Below are positions 44,115-55,818 of a stretch of DNA of 64,000 nucleotides, piece after piece (the first letter of the stretch is position 1; the number at the start of each line of letters is the position of its first letter). Location of the stretch: assembly GCF_044324785.1 (NCBI RefSeq), contig NZ_CP172127.1; one strand, written 5' to 3'. The notes beneath the pieces were generated by a model that was not told where the DNA came from, did not search any database, and worked only from the letters and a program-made list of their open reading frames with translations. A program made the position numbers and the translations under genes. Origin of the DNA: Escherichia coli (GTDB lineage: Bacteria > Pseudomonadota > Gammaproteobacteria > Enterobacterales > Enterobacteriaceae).

Positions 44115-44147
44115 GTACTGTCAGAGAAATCAACTCTCTGACAGTAC
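44115..44147. repeat. perfect 12-bp inverted repeat GTACTGTCAGAG / CTCTGACAGTAC with 9-nt loop, downstream of yncL
   Basis: seen directly; no flanking T-run on either strand. Confidence 0.5.
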
Positions 44148-44492
44148 ACAAGATCTTCTCATACTCTCCAGGTTTACAACATTATCCTTAATATTTACTT
44201 CTTTTTGCTGGCATCTACATTGAAATGAGTAGAAAACATCCCCCTACTGTCGTCTATACAAACAGCTTACTGATTCAAAGGGAATCTTGTTTTCACATTT
44301 TTCTATCATCAATACTTTAGACGCGCGGGAGTCTATAAATGCTTTATACTTTCAAGGAATAACGTAAATATAAAAAGATGGCGTAAAGTATATGCATGGC
44401 AGGATGATTGCAACCTCCTTGATGACGCTGTCCCATTGAAATTGCAAACCCCGCACTGGTTATCTTACTCATTTATCATGTAAAACAGACAA

Positions 44493-45302
44493 TTATAGGT
44501 CTCTGAATATCTCAGAAAGATTGAATTTTTTATAGTCCCTCTCTTGAATATTTCCATTTGATATCAATCGATTCATCTCTTCAACAAAATAATTTATATC
44601 ATCACATTTGTTATTATCCGGAAGATCTGAGTAATTATAATTCCACCACTTTATTCTCAACAATTCATCAATAATATTTGAATCAAATCTAAATCTGATT
44701 ATTTTTGCAGGAACTCCTGCAACTATGGCATATGGGGGCACATCTTTGGTAACAACGGAATTGGCAGCAATAACAGCACCATCACCTATTGCGATACCAC
44801 CTTTCAATACAACATCATTTCCTATCCAGACATCATTTCCTATAATCGGATTTTCAGGTTTGGTAATGAATGGTTTCAATGCCCAGCTACGTTCAAACTC
44901 ACTCATAGCAAACTTATCAAATTCACCGTTATAAGTCATCATGTGAGTAGTAAAACGATTCAAAGGATGATTTCCACCCATTATTTTTACATTTGATGCA
45001 ATACTACAAAATCGACCTATATGTATATTCCCTGTAAAATGACAGGTCGGAAATGAAAAAGCGCCGACACTGGAGAAATTTTTTACAGGCATTGTTGAAT
45101 ATTCTTCAGCAATAACATTATCTTCAATTGTTATCTTGTCACCTTTTGAGAAAAGAAATAAATTCCTTTCTTTATACGACTTCTTCCCCTTATGATTTAA
45201 AAAGATTTTATTATCCATACAAAACTCAAAGTGTTTTTTCGTCCACCTGAAGGTAAGGGTTTTATTTTTATCTTCCGTGAATTTATACAATTGAACTTTC
45301 AT
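44493..45302 (-). CDS. hexapeptide-repeat xenobiotic acetyltransferase, Vat/CatB-like, 269 aa (start uncertain)
   Basis: HIGRFCSI...GGNH...IIGNDVWIGNDVVLKGGIAIGDGAVIAANSVVTKDVPPYAIVAGVPAKIIRFRFDSNIIDELLRIKWWNYNYSDL closely parallels streptogramin A acetyltransferase motifs; strongly AT-rich. Confidence 0.75.
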   Translation of the reverse strand: MKVQLYKFTEDKNKTLTFRWTKKHFEFCMDNKIFLNHKGKKSYKERNLFLFSKGDKITIEDNVIAEEYSTMPVKNFSSVGAFSFPTCHFTGNIHIGRFCSIASNVKIMGGNHPLNRFTTHMMTYNGEFDKFAMSEFERSWALKPFITKPENPIIGNDVWIGNDVVLKGGIAIGDGAVIAANSVVTKDVPPYAIVAGVPAKIIRFRFDSNIIDELLRIKWWNYNYSDLPDNNKCDDINYFVEEMNRLISNGNIQERDYKKFNLSEIFRDL

Positions 45303-45524
45303 TGTTAATACTTCTACTTATAAATTATTAGGTTAATAACGATACTCTAAAGCCTTATGCGAATCAACTATGACAGGATGAAAAATCACCAACATACATT
45401 TAGATCATAATAACTGCCTAATTTTTCCGCTAGTTATTAATGTAATCATTCTGATACTTAATCACCATTACACTCAGAACCTAAAACGATAGTGGCCGCC
45501 CTATAACAGCCACTAACATTTAAC

Positions 45525-46949
45525 TTAATGTTTAACCATGACGTGGCGGACGACGGTGTAATCCTCCAGCCCATAAAGTGACATATCCTTGCCGTAACCA
45601 GAAAGTTTCTGCCCACCGTGCGGCATTTCACTTACCAGCATGAAATGGGTATTGACCCAGGTACAACCATATTGCAGCCGCGCGCTGACGCGATGCGCCC
45701 TGCCCACATCTTTCGTCCATACCGAGGATGCAAGTCCGTACTGGCTGTCATTTGCCCAGTTCACCACCTGTTCTTCGTTGTCGAAATGCGTAACACTCAC
45801 TACCGGACCAAATACCTCTTTTTGCACGATGGCATCGTCCTGTAATGCGCCAGCCAGTAGCGTCGGCGCATAGTAATAGCCATTACCCTTGCGCTTTTCA
45901 CCGCCAGTGATCACTTTGATGTGCCCTGTCGCTTTCGCCTCTTCTACCGCTTTGCTGACGCGTTCGAGATGCGCCAGCGAGCTTAAAGGTCCAAGCTCCG
46001 TAGACTCGTCATCCGGTGCACCAGATTTTAACGTTGCCACTGCAGCACCGAGTTTTTCCACCAGCGTATCGTAAATACCTTTTTGCGCGTAGATCCGACA
46101 AGCCGCAGTACAATCCTGTCCGGCATTGTAATAGCCAAAAGTACGTACACCTTCGGCCACCGCTTCAATATCCGCATCATCAAAAACTATCACTGGCGCT
46201 TTGCCTCCAAGTTCCATATGAGTACGCTTTATGGACGGCGCGGTATGGCTGATGATGTGCTCGCCAGTGGCGATAGAGCCCGTCAGTGACACCATCCGCA
46301 CTTTGGGATGTCCGGTCAGCGGATCGCCCACCGTTTTGCCTCTGCCAAACAGTACGTTAATCACGCCTGCCGGGAAGATATCTTTCGCCAGCTCTGCCAA
46401 CTTCAACGCTGTCAGCGGGGTAATTTCTGATGGTTTGAGCACTACGCAGTTCCCTGCCGCCAGCGCCGGAGCCAGTTTCCACGCAGCCATCATCAGCGGA
46501 TAATTCCACGGTGCGATAGAAGCCACGACCCCCAACGGATCGCGACGGATCATCGAAGTATGACCTTCAAGATATTCACCTGCCGCCAGACCATGCAGGC
46601 AGCGAGCTGCTCCGGCGAAAAAGCGAAAGACATCGACAATCGCCGGAATTTCATCATTGAACGCACTATGCAGCGGTTTACCACAGTTACGGGACTCCAG
46701 TTCGGCAAAAACCTGACCATTTTCTTCGATAACATCAGCCAGTTTCAGCAGGCATTCCGCACGCGCTTTCGGCGTGGTTTGCCCCCATTCGGCAAATGCT
46801 GCATCTGCCGCGCGCACAGCAGCATCCACCTGTTCTGCGGATGCCTCGGAAATCTCCAGTAAAACGTCCCCCGTTGCCGGATTATAGACAGGCTGTTTTT
46901 CCCCTTCGCCGCTAACCAGTTCTCCGTTTATCAGTAACTTATGTTGCAT
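45525..46949 (-). CDS. patD: gamma-aminobutyraldehyde dehydrogenase, 474 aa
   Basis: [33 protein letters not shown]... aldehyde dehydrogenase family. Confidence 0.9.
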   Translation of the reverse strand: MQHKLLINGELVSGEGEKQPVYNPATGDVLLEISEASAEQVDAAVRAADAAFAEWGQTTPKARAECLLKLADVIEENGQVFAELESRNCGKPLHSAFNDEIPAIVDVFRFFAGAARCLHGLAAGEYLEGHTSMIRRDPLGVVASIAPWNYPLMMAAWKLAPALAAGNCVVLKPSEITPLTALKLAELAKDIFPAGVINVLFGRGKTVGDPLTGHPKVRMVSLTGSIATGEHIISHTAPSIKRTHMELGGKAPVIVFDDADIEAVAEGVRTFGYYNAGQDCTAACRIYAQKGIYDTLVEKLGAAVATLKSGAPDDESTELGPLSSLAHLERVSKAVEEAKATGHIKVITGGEKRKGNGYYYAPTLLAGALQDDAIVQKEVFGPVVSVTHFDNEEQVVNWANDSQYGLASSVWTKDVGRAHRVSARLQYGCTWVNTHFMLVSEMPHGGQKLSGYGKDMSLYGLEDYTVVRHVMVKH

Positions 46950-46970
46950 AGCATATTCCTGTATCAGTGG

Positions 46971-47765
46971 TTATTGACCATTGTCGCCTTCGCGGGTTAG
47001 CCACCAGGCTCCCAGGATCGGCAAGGTTGTTACCAACATAACCAGCAGTGCCACCACGTTGGTTACCGGTACATCACGCGGTCGCCCAAGCTGATTGAGC
47101 AACCACAACGGTAACGTTCGTTCATGACCTGCCGTAAAGGTCGTCACGATGATTTCATCGAACGACAAGGCAAACGCCAGCATTCCTCCTGCCAGTAGCG
47201 CCGAACTGAGATTCGGCAACACTACGTAGCGGAAGGTTTGCCAGCCATTGGCCCCAAGATCCATTGACGCCTCAACCAGACTCCAGGAGGTGCGGCGAAA
47301 ACGGGCGATGACATTGTTAAACACCACCACTACGCAAAAAGTCGCATGACCGACCACGATGGTGAAAAATCCCGGCTCCAGATCGATGGTTTTAAAGGCG
47401 GTTAATAGCGCCAGACCAGTGACAATGCCCGGCAGCGCAATGGGCAGCAGCAGTAACAGCGAAATGGCGTTTTTGCCGAAAAAGTCTCGTCGCCACAGCG
47501 CGGCAGCGGCCAGCGTCCCTAACACCAGCGCAATTAATGTCGCCAGCGCCGCCACTTTAAGTGACAGTGTCACGGCATCAAGAATATCACTACGCTGTGC
47601 TGCCACGCTAAACCAGCGCAGCGTCAGGCCTTGCGGTGGAAAACTAAACGCCGCATCTTCAGTGTTAAACGCATAGGCGGCGATAATCAGGATGGGAAAA
47701 TGTAGGAAAACTACGCCGCCCCAGGCCGCCAGTTTGAGGAAAAACGGTGCGCGTTCAGAGTGCAT
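46971..47765 (-). CDS. ydcV: ABC transporter permease, 264 aa
   Basis: 264-aa permease ORF in ydcSTUV order. Confidence 0.88.
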   Translation of the reverse strand: MHSERAPFFLKLAAWGGVVFLHFPILIIAAYAFNTEDAAFSFPPQGLTLRWFSVAAQRSDILDAVTLSLKVAALATLIALVLGTLAAAALWRRDFFGKNAISLLLLLPIALPGIVTGLALLTAFKTIDLEPGFFTIVVGHATFCVVVVFNNVIARFRRTSWSLVEASMDLGANGWQTFRYVVLPNLSSALLAGGMLAFALSFDEIIVTTFTAGHERTLPLWLLNQLGRPRDVPVTNVVALLVMLVTTLPILGAWWLTREGDNGQ

Positions 47766-48696
47766 CGAACGCTCCCAGACGTTTCACGAACGCCAGGTAC
47801 AGTGCGATGAGAACAATCGGCACCAGGGTGAATGCCGCCGCCATCGGCATATTGCCAATCGCCCCCTGCTGGGAATAAACCATATTGCCGATAAAATATC
47901 CTGGCGGGCCAACCAGCTGCGGGACGATAAAATCGCCCAGTGTGAGTGAGAAGGTAAAGATAGAGCCAGCGGCAATACCCGGGATCGCCAGCGGCAGCAC
48001 CACATAGCGAAAGGTTTGCCGTGGACGTGCGCCGAGATCAGCTGACGCCTGCAACAATGACGGCGGCAAACGCTCAAGCGCCGCCTGCACGGGCAGGATC
48101 ATGAACGGCAGCCAGATATAGAGAAACACCAGAAAGCGCCCCAGCCCGGAAGTTGACAGCGTATTGCCGCCCACCGCTGGTAATGTAAGGAACGCAGTCA
48201 GCAGTGGTTCCAGCCCCAGATGTTGTAAAAACCACTGAGCCACGCCATCTTTTGCCAGCAATAACGTCCAGGCATAGGCTTTAACAATGTAGCTCGCCCA
48301 CATCGGCAACATTACCGCGATATAAAAAAACGCTTTCATTTTTCCGCTGGTATAGCGCGCCATATACCACGCCATTGGAAAAGCCAGAATGGCGCTGGCG
48401 ATAGTGACTGCCACAGCCATAGTCAGCGTGCGGAGAATGATGTCGTAATTCGCCGGATTAAACAGCGCACGGATATTCGCCAACGTCAGTTCCGGCGTTA
48501 CCGACATGGTGAAATCGTCAAAGGTATAAAAGCCCTGCCATAACAGCGTTAGCAGCGAGCCGAAATAGACAATGCCAAACCACATTAGCGGGCCAAGCAG
48601 CAGTAAAAACAGCCCCAGCCCCGGATTATGCCAGAAGAAACCGGACACCTTACCCAGACCTGGACGTGAAGGTGATTGCAATACATTCATCGCCAT
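47755..48696 (-). CDS. ydcU: ABC transporter permease, 313 aa
   Basis: 313-aa permease ORF. Confidence 0.88.
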   Translation of the reverse strand: MAMNVLQSPSRPGLGKVSGFFWHNPGLGLFLLLLGPLMWFGIVYFGSLLTLLWQGFYTFDDFTMSVTPELTLANIRALFNPANYDIILRTLTMAVAVTIASAILAFPMAWYMARYTSGKMKAFFYIAVMLPMWASYIVKAYAWTLLLAKDGVAQWFLQHLGLEPLLTAFLTLPAVGGNTLSTSGLGRFLVFLYIWLPFMILPVQAALERLPPSLLQASADLGARPRQTFRYVVLPLAIPGIAAGSIFTFSLTLGDFIVPQLVGPPGYFIGNMVYSQQGAIGNMPMAAAFTLVPIVLIALYLAFVKRLGAFDAL

Positions 48697-49710
48697 TCAC
48701 CTCTCCTCAACCAGCGGTACCATCACATCACGCGACCAGGAAACCATCACCTGTTGTCCGGGCGTGAGCGCGGCAGGCAGTTCTTCGCCTGTCATATTGG
48801 CCTGACTCACAAGCAGTTTTTCACCGCCGTTCAATTTCAGTTCAAAACGAGTTGCCGCGCCCTGATATTGCACCGCCTGGATCGTGCCATTGGCCTGCAG
48901 TTCACCAGGGGTGTTGAGGCGGATATGTTCCGGTCGCAGGGCGAAGCTTCCCGTCATGCCACAAAGTTTCTCTGCCATCAGTCCATCAAAAACATTCGAT
49001 GTCCCAACGAATCCCGCAACAAACGGCGTGCGCGGGCGCATATAGAGATCGCGCGGGGAATCGACCTGCTCAATGCGACCATTGTTGAATACCGCCACAC
49101 GATCGGACATCGATAACGCTTCGCCCTGATCGTGGGTAACGAAGATAAAAGTGATACCGAGAGACTGTTGCAGCTTTTTCAGTTCCAGCTGCATCTGCTC
49201 ACGCAATTTGAGATCCAGTGCGCCGAGCGGTTCATCCAACAGCAATACGCGCGGTTCATTCACCAATGCTCTGGCGATAGCAACCCGCTGGCGCTGACCA
49301 CCAGAAAGTTGTGACGGTTTACGTTGCTGTATAAACCCCAACGCCACTTTCTCCAGCGCCTCTTGCGCCATTGCGTGCCGCTGCTTTTTATTCACGCCTT
49401 TGACCATCAGCCCATAGGCGACATTGTCAAGAATCGACATATGCGGGAATAGCGCGTAGTCCTGAAAGACAGTATTCACGTCCCGCTCCCACGGTGGCAG
49501 ATTGCTGGCGGGTTTACCAAAGATAGAGATAGCCCCGCCGGAAAGCTGTTCGAAGCCAGCAATCAGGCGCAGGCAGGTGGTTTTGCCGGAGCCGGACGGC
49601 CCCAGCATAGAGAAGAACTCACCATCTTTTATCGCAATACTGACGCCATCTACTGCGCGCACGTCACCGTACAACCGCGAGACGTTGTCAAACTCCACTG
49701 CGTACGTCAT
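48697..49710 (-). CDS. ydcT: ABC transporter ATP-binding protein, 337 aa
   Basis: Walker A GPSGSGKTT, signature LSGGQRQR, Walker B LLLDEP. Confidence 0.9.
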   Translation of the reverse strand: MTYAVEFDNVSRLYGDVRAVDGVSIAIKDGEFFSMLGPSGSGKTTCLRLIAGFEQLSGGAISIFGKPASNLPPWERDVNTVFQDYALFPHMSILDNVAYGLMVKGVNKKQRHAMAQEALEKVALGFIQQRKPSQLSGGQRQRVAIARALVNEPRVLLLDEPLGALDLKLREQMQLELKKLQQSLGITFIFVTHDQGEALSMSDRVAVFNNGRIEQVDSPRDLYMRPRTPFVAGFVGTSNVFDGLMAEKLCGMTGSFALRPEHIRLNTPGELQANGTIQAVQYQGAATRFELKLNGGEKLLVSQANMTGEELPAALTPGQQVMVSWSRDVMVPLVEER

Positions 49711-49727
49711 AAAACACCCCAGCGAAG

Positions 49728-50873
49728 TTAGCGACCGCCCATAATGGCAATGTAATCCTGCGTCCAGCGACTGTAGGGAACAAACTTGCCCCCTTCTGCT
49801 ATAGGCGTTTTCCAGAAGGCGATTTTATCGAAATAGTTAAAACCGTTGGTTTCACAACCTTTTTCGCCTAATAACGGACTGGCTTTACACCCTTCCGGCA
49901 CTACCGGTAACGAGCCAAACCAGGCCGCCACATCACCCTGCACTTTTGGCATTAATGACCAGTTCATCCATTTGTAGGCGCAAACCGGATGTTTCGCTTC
50001 GCTATGTAGCATGGTGGTGTCAGCCCAACCGGTAACGCCCTCTTTCGGGAAAACGGTAGCGACAGGCTGGCCTTCGGCTTTCAAGGCGTTGGCCTGATAG
50101 GGCCAGGCACTGGAAGCAACCACACCCTCGTTTTTGAAATCGCTCATTTGCACGGTAGTGTCATGCCAGTAGCGATGGATCAAACTATGTTGATCGCGCA
50201 GCACTTTCAGCACCGCCTGGTACTGTTCTTCGGTGAGTTGATACGGATCGCTGATGCCCAACTGCGGCTGAGTGGCTTTAACGAACAACGCAGCGTCCGC
50301 AATGTAGATAGGGCCATCATAAGCCTGGACGCGGCCTTTATTGCTCTTGCCGTCCGGCAGATTCTGCTCAACAAAAACCACTTGCCAGCTATCCGGCGGC
50401 GTCGGGAAGGTTTTAGTGTTGTACATCAGCAGGTTCGGCCCCCATTGGTAAGGTGTGCCGTAAACTTTGCCACTAACGTTAAACCAGTCGCCTTTAACCA
50501 CGCGCGGATCGAGCGTTTTCCAGTTGGGAATCAATGCGGTATTAATCGGCTGCACGCGTTTGCCCATAATCAGGCGCAGCGAGGCATCGCCGGATGCCGT
50601 AACCAGATCGTAACCCCCTTTGGCCATCAGACTGACCATTTCATCAGAAGTCGCGGCGGTTTTAACATTCACCGCGCAGCCTGTCTCTTTTTCGAACTGC
50701 GTTACCCAGTCGTATTGTTTATCAGTTTGTCCGCGTTCGATGTATCCCGGCCAGGCGATAATATCCAGTCGCCCTTCCGGTTTATCTAAATTGGTAGGTG
50801 GTTCGGCGGCGTGAGCGGTCATTATTGTCATGGTGAGCGCACACAGGCTGCTGCGGGCAAATGTCTTGCTCAT
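49728..50873 (-). CDS. ydcS: periplasmic substrate-binding protein of ABC transporter, 381 aa
   Basis: Signal peptide MSKTFARSSLCALTMTIMTAHA; 381 aa. Confidence 0.88.
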   Translation of the reverse strand: MSKTFARSSLCALTMTIMTAHAAEPPTNLDKPEGRLDIIAWPGYIERGQTDKQYDWVTQFEKETGCAVNVKTAATSDEMVSLMAKGGYDLVTASGDASLRLIMGKRVQPINTALIPNWKTLDPRVVKGDWFNVSGKVYGTPYQWGPNLLMYNTKTFPTPPDSWQVVFVEQNLPDGKSNKGRVQAYDGPIYIADAALFVKATQPQLGISDPYQLTEEQYQAVLKVLRDQHSLIHRYWHDTTVQMSDFKNEGVVASSAWPYQANALKAEGQPVATVFPKEGVTGWADTTMLHSEAKHPVCAYKWMNWSLMPKVQGDVAAWFGSLPVVPEGCKASPLLGEKGCETNGFNYFDKIAFWKTPIAEGGKFVPYSRWTQDYIAIMGGR

Positions 50874-51117
50874 AAAGTCTTACTCCTGTCGTAATTAATT
50901 GTTCAGCCGCCGTGCCGTAAAAATATCTCCTTGTTTAACCATAGACGGCGGCTAGCAGGCACACCTTCGCCCCTGAGAAAATTTAATCAGGTTGTGAGCT
51001 ACCGCGCATTATGCCGTCTGTAAGGTTATCTTCTGGAGTATAGACAAGGAGTTAGGAATTATGACTGCTATTCGAAATTCATATTACCCAACCTGAGAGG
51101 AATTTAATTAAACGCTA

Positions 51118-52524
51118 TTACAGCCGTTCTTGAATAAGTTTGCCTAATTGTTTAACCGCCTGTTCTTCGCGCTCGCCCCACTGCCACGCGGTATTAAAAC
51201 GGAAAAAACGTGACCAGTTTTCACCGGTAGAAAACATTTTACCCGGCGCAATACTGATATGATGCGTCAGTGCCGCCTGGCTTAATTCGCCCGCATCTAA
51301 CGGCGCGGGGAGCTCCAGCCAGAGAAAATAACCGCTGTCATTATGATGAATTTTCACTTCCGCAGGCAGATAACGCAGCAGTGCCTGCCAGGCACGTTGT
51401 TTACGTTCCGCGAGCTGGCGACGCAAGCGACGAAGATGGGCGTCGTATCGGCGCGTGGAAAGGTAATCCACCAGTGCAAGCTGCATCGGTGAGCTGGTGG
51501 AAAGCGTACTCATCAACTGCAAGCGTTGAATTTTACGTGCATGTTTTCCGGCGGCGACCCAACCAATACGAAAACCAGGCACCAGGCATTTCGAAAACGA
51601 AGAGCAATGCAAAACACCATCGTGGTGATCCCACGCTTTCGCAGGCAGCGGTTTTTCCCGTCCAAAATAAAGTTCGCTATAAACGTCATCTTCAATCAGC
51701 GTTACGTTGTACTGATTGAGCAACGCTACCAGCCGCGCTTTTTTCTGCGGCGTTAAGGTAAATCCGAGTGGATTCTGGCTATTAGTCATCAGCCAGCACG
51801 CTTTCACCGGATACTCCTGCAACGCCAGTTCCAGCGCCTTGAGATCAATCCCTTCTTTAACGTCCGTCGCCACCGATAACGCCTTCAGCCGTAACCGCTC
51901 CAGCGCCTGCAACGCGCCGTAGAAACAAGGATTCTCTACTATCACCCAATCGCCCGGTTCAGTGACCGCTTGTAAACTGAGGTTTAATGCCTCTAACGCC
52001 CCGGCGGTAATGACAATTTCATCAGGAGAAATAGTGATGCCCTGTAAGGCATAGCGACGAGCAATAGCCTGACGCAGTTCTGCGTTTCCTGGCGGTAAGT
52101 TTTCAATCACGCTCATCGCCGTGGCGGTTTTGCTTACCTGCGCCAGCGAGCGGTTTAGTTGTTGGAGGGGGAAAAGTCGCGGGTCGGGAAAGGCCGAGGC
52201 AAACGGAACGACCGACGGGTCGCGACTGGCCTGCAACATATCAAAAATATAGGTGTTGATATCGACTGCTTCATCTCGAGTGACTGGAATGACTGGCGCT
52301 TTCGGCATTTTTATTGCCTGTGGCGCAACGTAATAACCCGACTGCGGTCGCGCGATAATATGTCCCTGACTTTCGAGCAACTGATAGGCATGGCTGACAG
52401 TCATAAAGCTCATGCCAGAAAGCGCCACCTGGTCACGCAACGAAGGCAAACGATCGCCGGGTTGCCAGATACCCGACGCAATCTGCTCGCGTAATTGTTC
52501 TGCAAGCTGCTGGTATTTTTTCAT
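51118..52524 (-). CDS. ydcR: MocR-type regulator (GntR HTH fused to aminotransferase-like domain), 468 aa
   Basis: N-terminal HTH then PLP-fold domain; 468 aa. Confidence 0.88.
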   Translation of the reverse strand: MKKYQQLAEQLREQIASGIWQPGDRLPSLRDQVALSGMSFMTVSHAYQLLESQGHIIARPQSGYYVAPQAIKMPKAPVIPVTRDEAVDINTYIFDMLQASRDPSVVPFASAFPDPRLFPLQQLNRSLAQVSKTATAMSVIENLPPGNAELRQAIARRYALQGITISPDEIVITAGALEALNLSLQAVTEPGDWVIVENPCFYGALQALERLRLKALSVATDVKEGIDLKALELALQEYPVKACWLMTNSQNPLGFTLTPQKKARLVALLNQYNVTLIEDDVYSELYFGREKPLPAKAWDHHDGVLHCSSFSKCLVPGFRIGWVAAGKHARKIQRLQLMSTLSTSSPMQLALVDYLSTRRYDAHLRRLRRQLAERKQRAWQALLRYLPAEVKIHHNDSGYFLWLELPAPLDAGELSQAALTHHISIAPGKMFSTGENWSRFFRFNTAWQWGEREEQAVKQLGKLIQERL

Positions 52525-52602
52525 TATCGAATCGTAATTATGTGCAGATGATTCGGCAGTCTATATCAGTTGTTAAAAATGACAACTTTTCATTAACTGT
52601 TA

Positions 52603-53019
<417 letters not shown>

Positions 53020-53064
53020 AATTTCGACTGTCTCTCGCATGTCATTAACCTTTCTAATTGGCGA

Positions 53065-53241
53065 TTAACTCAAACCGAGTTGTTTCAGGATTGCTTTACG
53101 CAATGGTTCTTTAATCTCATCGCAGGGGTGACGCGGCATGACACTGCGCCTCCCATGAAACCTGAGTTTCAAATGGTTGCTGCCATTCGCTACATCGACG
53201 CCCTGAGATTCGAGCCAACGTCTGAACTCGCTTTGTTTCAC
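53065..53241 (-). CDS. hicA: HicA mRNA interferase toxin, 58 aa, GTG start
   Basis: Read from DNA: (V)KQSEFRRWLESQGVDVANGSNHLKLRFHGRRSVMPRHPCDEIKEPLRKAILKQLGLS; not in track (<60 aa). Confidence 0.85.
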   Translation of the reverse strand: MKQSEFRRWLESQGVDVANGSNHLKLRFHGRRSVMPRHPCDEIKEPLRKAILKQLGLS

Positions 53242-53462
53242 ATCGCCTCCCTGCCGCTGAGTATATCAACAAAGTAAACATTAGTGTTTACCTCCGTGTG
53301 TAATTTGCTCGAAAATAGCACTAAATCGCCGCAACGGCAGAATGCAATGCAAAATCAGGAAGGAAGATTCCAGAATTTCTTTGCGCTAATTTGCAAAACT
53401 GAATAATAACCTCAAGAAACGATCGGCATCATAGCGGCAAAAGGTAAGAAAAAGGTGGCAGG

Positions 53463-53693
53463 ATGTTTACGAAGGCGTTATCGGTTGTCTTATTAACGTG
53501 TGCGCTGTTCTCAGGACAACTCATGGCAGGGCACAAAGGACATGAATTTATGTGGGTAAAGAATGTGGATCATCAACTGCGTCATGAAGCGGACAGCGAT
53601 GAATTGCGTGCTGTGGCGGAAGAGTCGGCGGAAGGTTTGCGCGAGCATTTTTACTGGCAAAAATCGCGCAAACCAGAAGCGGGACAACGTTGA
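53463..53693 (+). CDS. yncJ: small exported protein, 76 aa
   Basis: MFTKALSVVLLTCALFSGQLMAGHKGHEF... Confidence 0.8.
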   Translation: MFTKALSVVLLTCALFSGQLMAGHKGHEFMWVKNVDHQLRHEADSDELRAVAEESAEGLREHFYWQKSRKPEAGQR

Positions 53694-53784
53694 GTCAGTT
53701 ATTGCCGGATGCGGCGTGACGCCTTATTCGGCCAACAATATCATGCAGATTCAATAAGTTGTGAGTAACCAGAAAACTGGCGTT

Positions 53785-55788
53785 TTACCCTTTTCGCTTC
53801 GGCAATGTTTTCAGCAGCTCATCCGGACTTACGGAGGCGACAACACTTCCCGGTAACGGCATTTTCAGAATGTGATTTTTAATTTTGCCGATGACGTGCA
53901 TCTCACACGGACGGCAATCGAACTTTAGCGTTAATACTTCATCGCCATTAACCAGTTGCATTGGCGTCGCCTTCCAGCTTTTGATATTGCCTTTCGCCTG
54001 TTTCGGGCACAAATTAAAGGCAAAGCGCAGACAATGCTTGGTGATCATCACCGGGACTTCGCCCTTCTCTTCATGTGCCTCATACGCCGCGTCAATCAGC
54101 TGCACACCATAGCGATGATAAAATTCACGCGCTTTCTGGTTGTATACGTTCGCGAGGAAACTCAGATGCGTTTGCGGATAAACCGGCGCAGGATCAGCAA
54201 CCGGTTTACGGCTGCCGCGCTGGTAACTGGCAAGACGCGCAGCATCCAGCATGTCGGCGGCTTCACGGCGGAACTGGTTTAACAGACTGTTTGGTACAAA
54301 CAGCGCCCCGGGCAAATTAATTTGCACATCGCGGGCGTAATAGATGGTTTGCCCCAGTTTTGCCAGACCATCCTTCAGATTGTTCATTGCTTTTTCGGCG
54401 TTATTGGCTTCGTCGAATTGCCCGTCCAGGGTATGCGTGACGCTGACACCCTCTTCACTGGTGAGGGTCAGAATCAGTTGTTCCTGCCAGCCGCCCAGTT
54501 CAATGTCTACCGCCACCCGACGTTCGCTGGAGGTTTTTGTCAGTGCCTGCTGCCAGTTATGATCAAGATTACGGTTTAGTGGGTGATGCGGGCGAATTTT
54601 GTGCAAATCTGCTGGCATTTCATTGGGCCAGACGCGGTACTGATTTTCTCCGGTTTTTTCGACTGTATTGGCGCGAAAGCCAACCACTTCACGTTTAATC
54701 ATCACATTCAGACCATCGCCATTTGCTAACGGCTCGGTGACGGCAACATCGAGATGATCCTTCGCCACTTTTAATACTTCACCGACCGGGAGGCCGATAA
54801 ACTTGGGGGAGTCGAACGCGCCGATATCCCCTTTACGGGCGTTAACAAAGTAGTCGGTACTGCCACGATGGAAGGTTTTTTCCGTCGACGGTACGAAGAA
54901 ATGCTCGGTACGACCGGATGAAGCACGCGCCAGATCGCCACGTTCGTCAATAATGGCATCCAGCATCTGGCGATAATGCGCGGTGATATTCTTCACGTAG
55001 CTCATATCTTTGTAACGCCCTTCAATCTTGAAGGAGCGCACGCCAGCATCAATCAGCGCGCCAAGGTTGGCAGTCTGATCGTTATCTTTCATCGACAGCA
55101 GATGTTTTTCATAAGAAACCACCCGCCCCTGATCGTCTTTCAATGTGTATGGCAAACGGCATGCCTGCGAGCAATCGCCACGGTTGGCGCTACGCCCTGT
55201 TTGCGCATGAGAAATGTAGCACTGACCAGAATAGGCCACGCACAATGCACCATGAATAAAGAATTCAATGGTCGCGTCCGTGGCCTGGTGAATCGCGCGG
55301 ATCTGCTCAAGATTCAGCTCTCGCGCCAGCACAATCTGCGTGAAGCCAACATCAGAGAGGAACTTCGCTTTTTCTACTGTGCGAATATCGCACTGCGTAC
55401 TGGCGTGCAGTTCAATCGGCGGAATATCAAGTTCCAGAATCCCCATATCCTGAACAATCAGCGCATCGACGCCGGTCTGGTAGAGGTCAGTAATCAGCCG
55501 TTGCGCGGGTTCCAGCTCATCATCATGCAAAATGGTGTTAAGCGTGACGAAAATTTTTGCACCATAACGATGGGCAAATGGCACCAGTTCGGCAATATCT
55601 TTCAGGCTATTACTGGCATTATGACGAGCACCAAAACCAGGGCCGCCGATATAAACAGCATCGGCACCGTGCAAAATAGCTTCGCGGGCAATGGCGGCAT
55701 CGCGTGCCGGGCTTAACAGTTCAAGTCGATGAGAAGATACGGTCACATTCTTATCCAGTAGCTGAAAAATGGCGGCTATTTTAGCCAC
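53785..55788 (-). CDS. rlhA: U32-family peptidase-like protein, 23S rRNA hydroxycytidine synthase RlhA (YdcP); annotated start may be the internal GTG at 55746
   Basis: 667-aa ORF; U32 family features. Confidence 0.85.
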   Translation of the reverse strand: MAKIAAIFQLLDKNVTVSSHRLELLSPARDAAIAREAILHGADAVYIGGPGFGARHNASNSLKDIAELVPFAHRYGAKIFVTLNTILHDDELEPAQRLITDLYQTGVDALIVQDMGILELDIPPIELHASTQCDIRTVEKAKFLSDVGFTQIVLARELNLEQIRAIHQATDATIEFFIHGALCVAYSGQCYISHAQTGRSANRGDCSQACRLPYTLKDDQGRVVSYEKHLLSMKDNDQTANLGALIDAGVRSFKIEGRYKDMSYVKNITAHYRQMLDAIIDERGDLARASSGRTEHFFVPSTEKTFHRGSTDYFVNARKGDIGAFDSPKFIGLPVGEVLKVAKDHLDVAVTEPLANGDGLNVMIKREVVGFRANTVEKTGENQYRVWPNEMPADLHKIRPHHPLNRNLDHNWQQALTKTSSERRVAVDIELGGWQEQLILTLTSEEGVSVTHTLDGQFDEANNAEKAMNNLKDGLAKLGQTIYYARDVQINLPGALFVPNSLLNQFRREAADMLDAARLASYQRGSRKPVADPAPVYPQTHLSFLANVYNQKAREFYHRYGVQLIDAAYEAHEEKGEVPVMITKHCLRFAFNLCPKQAKGNIKSWKATPMQLVNGDEVLTLKFDCRPCEMHVIGKIKNHILKMPLPGSVVASVSPDELLKTLPKRKG

Positions 55789-55818
55789 AAGCGCGACGTT
55801 GCGAAATAGTTTTCCCGC

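Noticed and set aside
50148-50789. 213-aa plus-strand ORF
   Set aside because: Antisense within ydcS
54976-55716. 246-aa plus-strand ORF
   Set aside because: Antisense within rlhA (ydcP)
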